A stretch of DNA of 64,000 bases from a virus (taxonomy: Duplodnaviria; Caudoviricetes), in the IMG/VR virus record IMGVR_UViG_3300012983_000034, positions 1-64,000 of that record; one strand, written 5' to 3'. How positions within the stretch are numbered: the stretch's first letter is position 1; each line of letters opens with the position of its first letter. Shown here in pieces: positions 61,370 through 64,000 of this stretch. The notes under the pieces were generated by a model that saw only the letters and a program-made list of their open reading frames with translations, had not been told where the DNA came from and made no database searches. A program made the position numbers and the translations under genes.

Positions 61370-61567
61370 TTAAATATCGCTATCTTCGATTACATCAAAT
61401 TCTTTAAGAAGACATTCTTCACATATTTCATCGCTTCCATATTTATATAACTTAACATCTTCTTCGCCACAATAATCGCACTTGAAATGTTGAACCTTTT
61501 TATATTTACAGGAGCTACCCAAACACGGTAATCCGCAGCCTACACAATCATTTGAATAATATTTCAT
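61370..61567 (-). CDS. Small Cys-rich zinc-binding protein
   Basis: CVGCGLPCLGSSC..CDYCG..CEEC. Confidence 0.7.
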   Translation of the reverse strand: MKYYSNDCVGCGLPCLGSSCKYKKVQHFKCDYCGEEDVKLYKYGSDEICEECLLKEFDVIEDSDI

Positions 61568-61588
61568 TATTATACAACCTTTATAAGT

Positions 61589-62095
61589 TTAATAGTCTTC
61601 TGATTCAAACGGGATTTCTGTAGAATAAAAATCATTGGACACAGTAACCTCATACATTTCATCACCGCTCCATCTGCGCACATTAATATAGAAATTACCA
61701 GTAATATGACCACCATAGGAATACTCTTCTTTGTTCGTTCTAAAATAATCAATTGCTTTTAAAATGTATTCTCTAATCATTTCATTATTGCAACAATCAA
61801 CAGCGCCAGTTTCTGTGGAAAAGCGCCAAAAATGAACTGGAAATTCAACATTGTTTGCCGTTAATGCAATATTGTTTTCATTATCTTCAAGCATATTATC
61901 GTGTTTACACAACGGACAGTCAACAAATACACATCCAAGAACGCCAATTCTTATATCTGATTTTTCATATTCCAATTCAGAACCACATTTTTCGCAAATT
62001 AATTTGCGAGGATACGGTTTTTCTTGCTTAATATCTTCTTCCTTGATATGTTCTTCAATATTTGTTTCTTGATAATTATTTTTTAATACCTTCAT
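61589..62095 (-). CDS. Zinc-ribbon hypothetical protein
   Basis: CEKCGSELEY..CPLC; GGAGG RBS. Confidence 0.7.
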   Translation of the reverse strand: MKVLKNNYQETNIEEHIKEEDIKQEKPYPRKLICEKCGSELEYEKSDIRIGVLGCVFVDCPLCKHDNMLEDNENNIALTANNVEFPVHFWRFSTETGAVDCCNNEMIREYILKAIDYFRTNKEEYSYGGHITGNFYINVRRWSGDEMYEVTVSNDFYSTEIPFESEDY

Positions 62096-62106
62096 TTTTA
62101 CCCTCC

Positions 62107-62400
62107 TTATTTATTTTCTTCCCACGAAATCATTACATTATTGCTAAATTCAATTTCGTTATTTAAAACCTTTTCTCTTTGTTCAAAGTTGTCCCAGATA
62201 GTCTCTGGTCGAATCATTTTTATTTTTATAGGTCTTTTATCGTTTTGAATTTGTTGAACGGTTTGAAGAAAGTTGGCAATTAACATTTCTTTTGGTGCTT
62301 GCATTGTTTGTTTATTTGTCAATTTGTCTTCTATATAAACTTCAAATGTAACTTCAAACGGCTCAAATATATCGCCAAAATTTATAAATATATTAATCAC
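62107..62400 (-). CDS. Hypothetical protein
   Basis: ORF in the same operon. Confidence 0.55.
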   Translation of the reverse strand: MINIFINFGDIFEPFEVTFEVYIEDKLTNKQTMQAPKEMLIANFLQTVQQIQNDKRPIKIKMIRPETIWDNFEQREKVLNNEIEFSNNVMISWEENK

Positions 62401-62421
62401 CTACTTAAAATATGGATTTTA

Positions 62422-62497
62422 TGGCTGCCCCTATTGGATTCGAACCAATGATGCAGGAGTCAAAGTCCTGTGCCTTAACCAGCTTGGCGAAGGGGCA
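62422..62497 (-). tRNA. tRNA-Gln(TTG)
   Basis: Cloverleaf, loop CTTTGAC, GTTCGAATC, encoded CCA. Confidence 0.92.
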
Positions 62498-62502
62498 ATA
62501 TA

Positions 62503-62577
62503 TGGTGACGCATACGAGAATCGAACTCGTGTTACCGCCTTGAAGGGGCGGTGTCTTAACCGCTTGACCAATGCGCC
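62503..62577 (-). tRNA. tRNA-Glu(TTC) with C33
   Basis: CCGCC-CCTTCAA-GGCGG anticodon arm, encoded CCA. Confidence 0.88.
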
Positions 62578-62581
62578 ATAT

Positions 62582-62658
62582 TGGTATGCCTGAGAGGATT
62601 CGAACCTCCGACCCATTGATTAAAAGTCAATTGCTCTGACCAACTGAGCTACAAGCAC
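62582..62658 (-). tRNA. tRNA-Lys(TTT)
   Basis: ATTGA-CTTTTAA-TCAAT, encoded CCA. Confidence 0.92.
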
Positions 62659-62662
62659 ATAT

Positions 62663-62750
62663 TGGTGCAAGGCATTTCCTCCTTGCCAGAGAGCTTTTCA
62701 TCTCTTATATATCCCCAAAAATATATAGCCTTTTGAAACGAGGATGCGCC
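62663..62750 (-). ncRNA. Atypical tRNA-like element ending in CCA
   Basis: Occupies a tRNA slot in the array; four small stems; lacks D- and T-loop consensus. Confidence 0.4.
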
Positions 62751-62759
62751 CAAGTGGGC

Positions 62760-62836
62760 TGGTCTGGACAACAGGATTTGAACCTGCGGCATCTACATCC
62801 CAAATGTAGCGCTCTACCAAACTGAGCTATGTCCAG
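62760..62836 (-). tRNA. tRNA-Pro(TGG)
   Basis: CTACA-TTTGGGA-TGTAG, encoded CCA. Confidence 0.92.
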
Positions 62837-62839
62837 ATG

Positions 62840-62915
62840 TGGAGCTAGATAAGGGACTCGAACCCTTAACATCTTGATTACAAATCAAGCCCTCTACCAA
62901 TTGAGATAATCTAGC
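62840..62915 (-). tRNA. tRNA-Thr(TGT)
   Basis: CTTGA-TTTGTAA-TCAAG, encoded CCA. Confidence 0.92.
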
Positions 62916-62919
62916 ATAT

Positions 62920-63013
62920 TGGCGCAGAGGGTGGGATTCGAACCCACGTGCCAGCTCATCACTGACAAACTGTTTTCAAGACAGCCTCGTTATGACCGCT
63001 TCGATACCTCTGC
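62920..63013 (-). tRNA. tRNA-Ser(TGA)
   Basis: GCTGT-CTTGAAA-ACAGT, long variable arm, G73, encoded CCA. Confidence 0.9.
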
Positions 63014-63051
63014 ATAGTAAGTGAGTATTTGCCCTCACTAACGGCATTTAA

Positions 63052-63177
63052 TTAGCCTTTGAGCTTTCTAATTCTTCGTTCGAGCTTACGAACGATTCTA
63101 CCATTCTCTCTACCTCTCTCCTTGAGAAGAGCAATTCTACACTCACACTTCAAAATTTCAAGTTCAACTGCACTCAT
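63052..63177 (-). CDS. 41-aa basic protein inside the tRNA cluster (not in ORF track)
   Basis: MSAVELEILKCECRIALLKERGRENGRIVRKLERRIRKLKG; AAGGAG RBS. Confidence 0.65.
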   Translation of the reverse strand: MSAVELEILKCECRIALLKERGRENGRIVRKLERRIRKLKG

Positions 63178-63213
63178 TTGTATTTCTCCTTTGTTTGTTT
63201 TGAATTTATAATA

Positions 63214-63290
63214 TGGTGGGTCTTCAGGGACTTGAACCCTAAACCTGCTGGTTATGAGCCAGATGCTCTGACCAATTGAGCTAAAGACCC
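63214..63290 (-). tRNA. tRNA(CAT), probably Ile2 (lysidine type)
   Basis: TCTGG-CTCATAA-CCAGC; paired G1-C72; no initiator GGG/CCC stem; encoded CCA. Confidence 0.85.
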
Positions 63291-63385
63291 ATATTCAATC
63301 CAGCAACTTAATGCTGGATTGTTTTTATATAACCTTATTAGTTATACAAAGTTTGTTTTGTCGCTTTCTTCCCTCGACAGTGTGT

Positions 63386-63414
63386 ATTATACCACACTTA
63401 AAAGGTTTTGTCAA
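63386..63414 (-). promoter_or_regulatory. Consensus SigA promoter for the tRNA operon
   Basis: TTGACA-17bp-TATAAT with extended TG and an A-rich UP element. Confidence 0.85.
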
Positions 63415-63437
63415 TAGTTTTTTTGAAATTTTTTAAT

Positions 63438-63998
63438 TTATTTTTCATTCATTACAATTATCTCTTTTAGTGTTCTTGGAGTCCAATCTAATATTGCGGC
63501 TCCAACATTGTATGCAACTGCTGTCGGACAATCGGTGTATCCCTTTAATTCTCTGTCTTTAAAAAATTCATTTAAATACTCCAAAGAATGTTTATATACA
63601 TCCCATTCGTTGCTTGCGTGAACGTGACCATACAAATGAATCCATCCTTTATGTTGATTGTTCCACATTAAAATAGGATAGTGACACAAAACAAGGTTAT
63701 GATTAAGACCGTTATAATTGTCTGTAATTTCTTTATAAGGAACAACTTCTACAAACAATTGTCTTAACCTATTATCTTTTAACTTCTCGTGGTTTCCTTG
63801 AATTAAATGTTTATTTCCTTTAAGAGTAGAAATAATTTCGCAAAGATATTCATTATCTTTATTGCTGCCTTCTCTGCCAATATCGCCAAGGATATACACA
63901 TTATCGTTATTATGAATTTTGCTGTTCCAATTTTCTTTTATTATTTTATCGTGTTCTAATGTACGACCTTCATATATGTTTTGACAGCCTAAGTGCAT
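63438..63998 (-). CDS. Calcineurin-like metallophosphoesterase (5' end outside window)
   Basis: HLG, LGD, GNHE, LCHYP, HLYGHVH motifs. Confidence 0.85.
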   Translation of the reverse strand: MHLGCQNIYEGRTLEHDKIIKENWNSKIHNNDNVYILGDIGREGSNKDNEYLCEIISTLKGNKHLIQGNHEKLKDNRLRQLFVEVVPYKEITDNYNGLNHNLVLCHYPILMWNNQHKGWIHLYGHVHASNEWDVYKHSLEYLNEFFKDRELKGYTDCPTAVAYNVGAAILDWTPRTLKEIIVMNEK

Positions 63999-64000
63999 AT

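Noticed and set aside
62431-62616. 61-aa ORF over the tRNA cluster
   Set aside because: Overlaps three well-formed tRNA genes
1-64000. Stop-codon reassignment
   Set aside because: Genes are long and densely packed under code 11; TAA, TGA and TAG all end genes; no suppressor tRNA

Overview
This 64 kb window is part of a large, AT-rich, temperate tailed phage of Firmicutes (probably a Clostridia host), with SPbeta/c-st-like gene order and the standard genetic code. The + strand (1-56.2 kb) carries the virion morphogenesis and lysis region. In order: the 3' part of the large terminase (interrupted by a group I intron with an HNH endonuclease), portal, a free-standing GIY-YIG endonuclease, prohead protease/scaffold, decoration and major capsid proteins, head-tail proteins, tail tube, a RecU-like resolvase and a tyrosine recombinase. 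Next comes a ~3,770-aa tape measure gene split by a complete group I intron (18962-20198) encoding a Zn-finger/Vsr-like endonuclease. After it lie Dit, Tal, a two-catalytic-domain endolysin with holins, and a ~21 kb adsorption/fibre cluster carrying CotH-kinase-like, LRR, DUF6273-like, beta-helix, SGNH esterase, InlB-B-repeat and dockerin domains. A lysogeny module follows: a large serine integrase, a divergent small basic ORF, a resolvase-like domain lacking the catalytic serine, and a candidate sRNA. The - strand arm holds a kinase-like gene, thyA, small hypothetical genes, seven tRNAs plus one atypical tRNA-like element, and a metallophosphoesterase. Product calls come from motif recognition and synteny only; no database searches were run.
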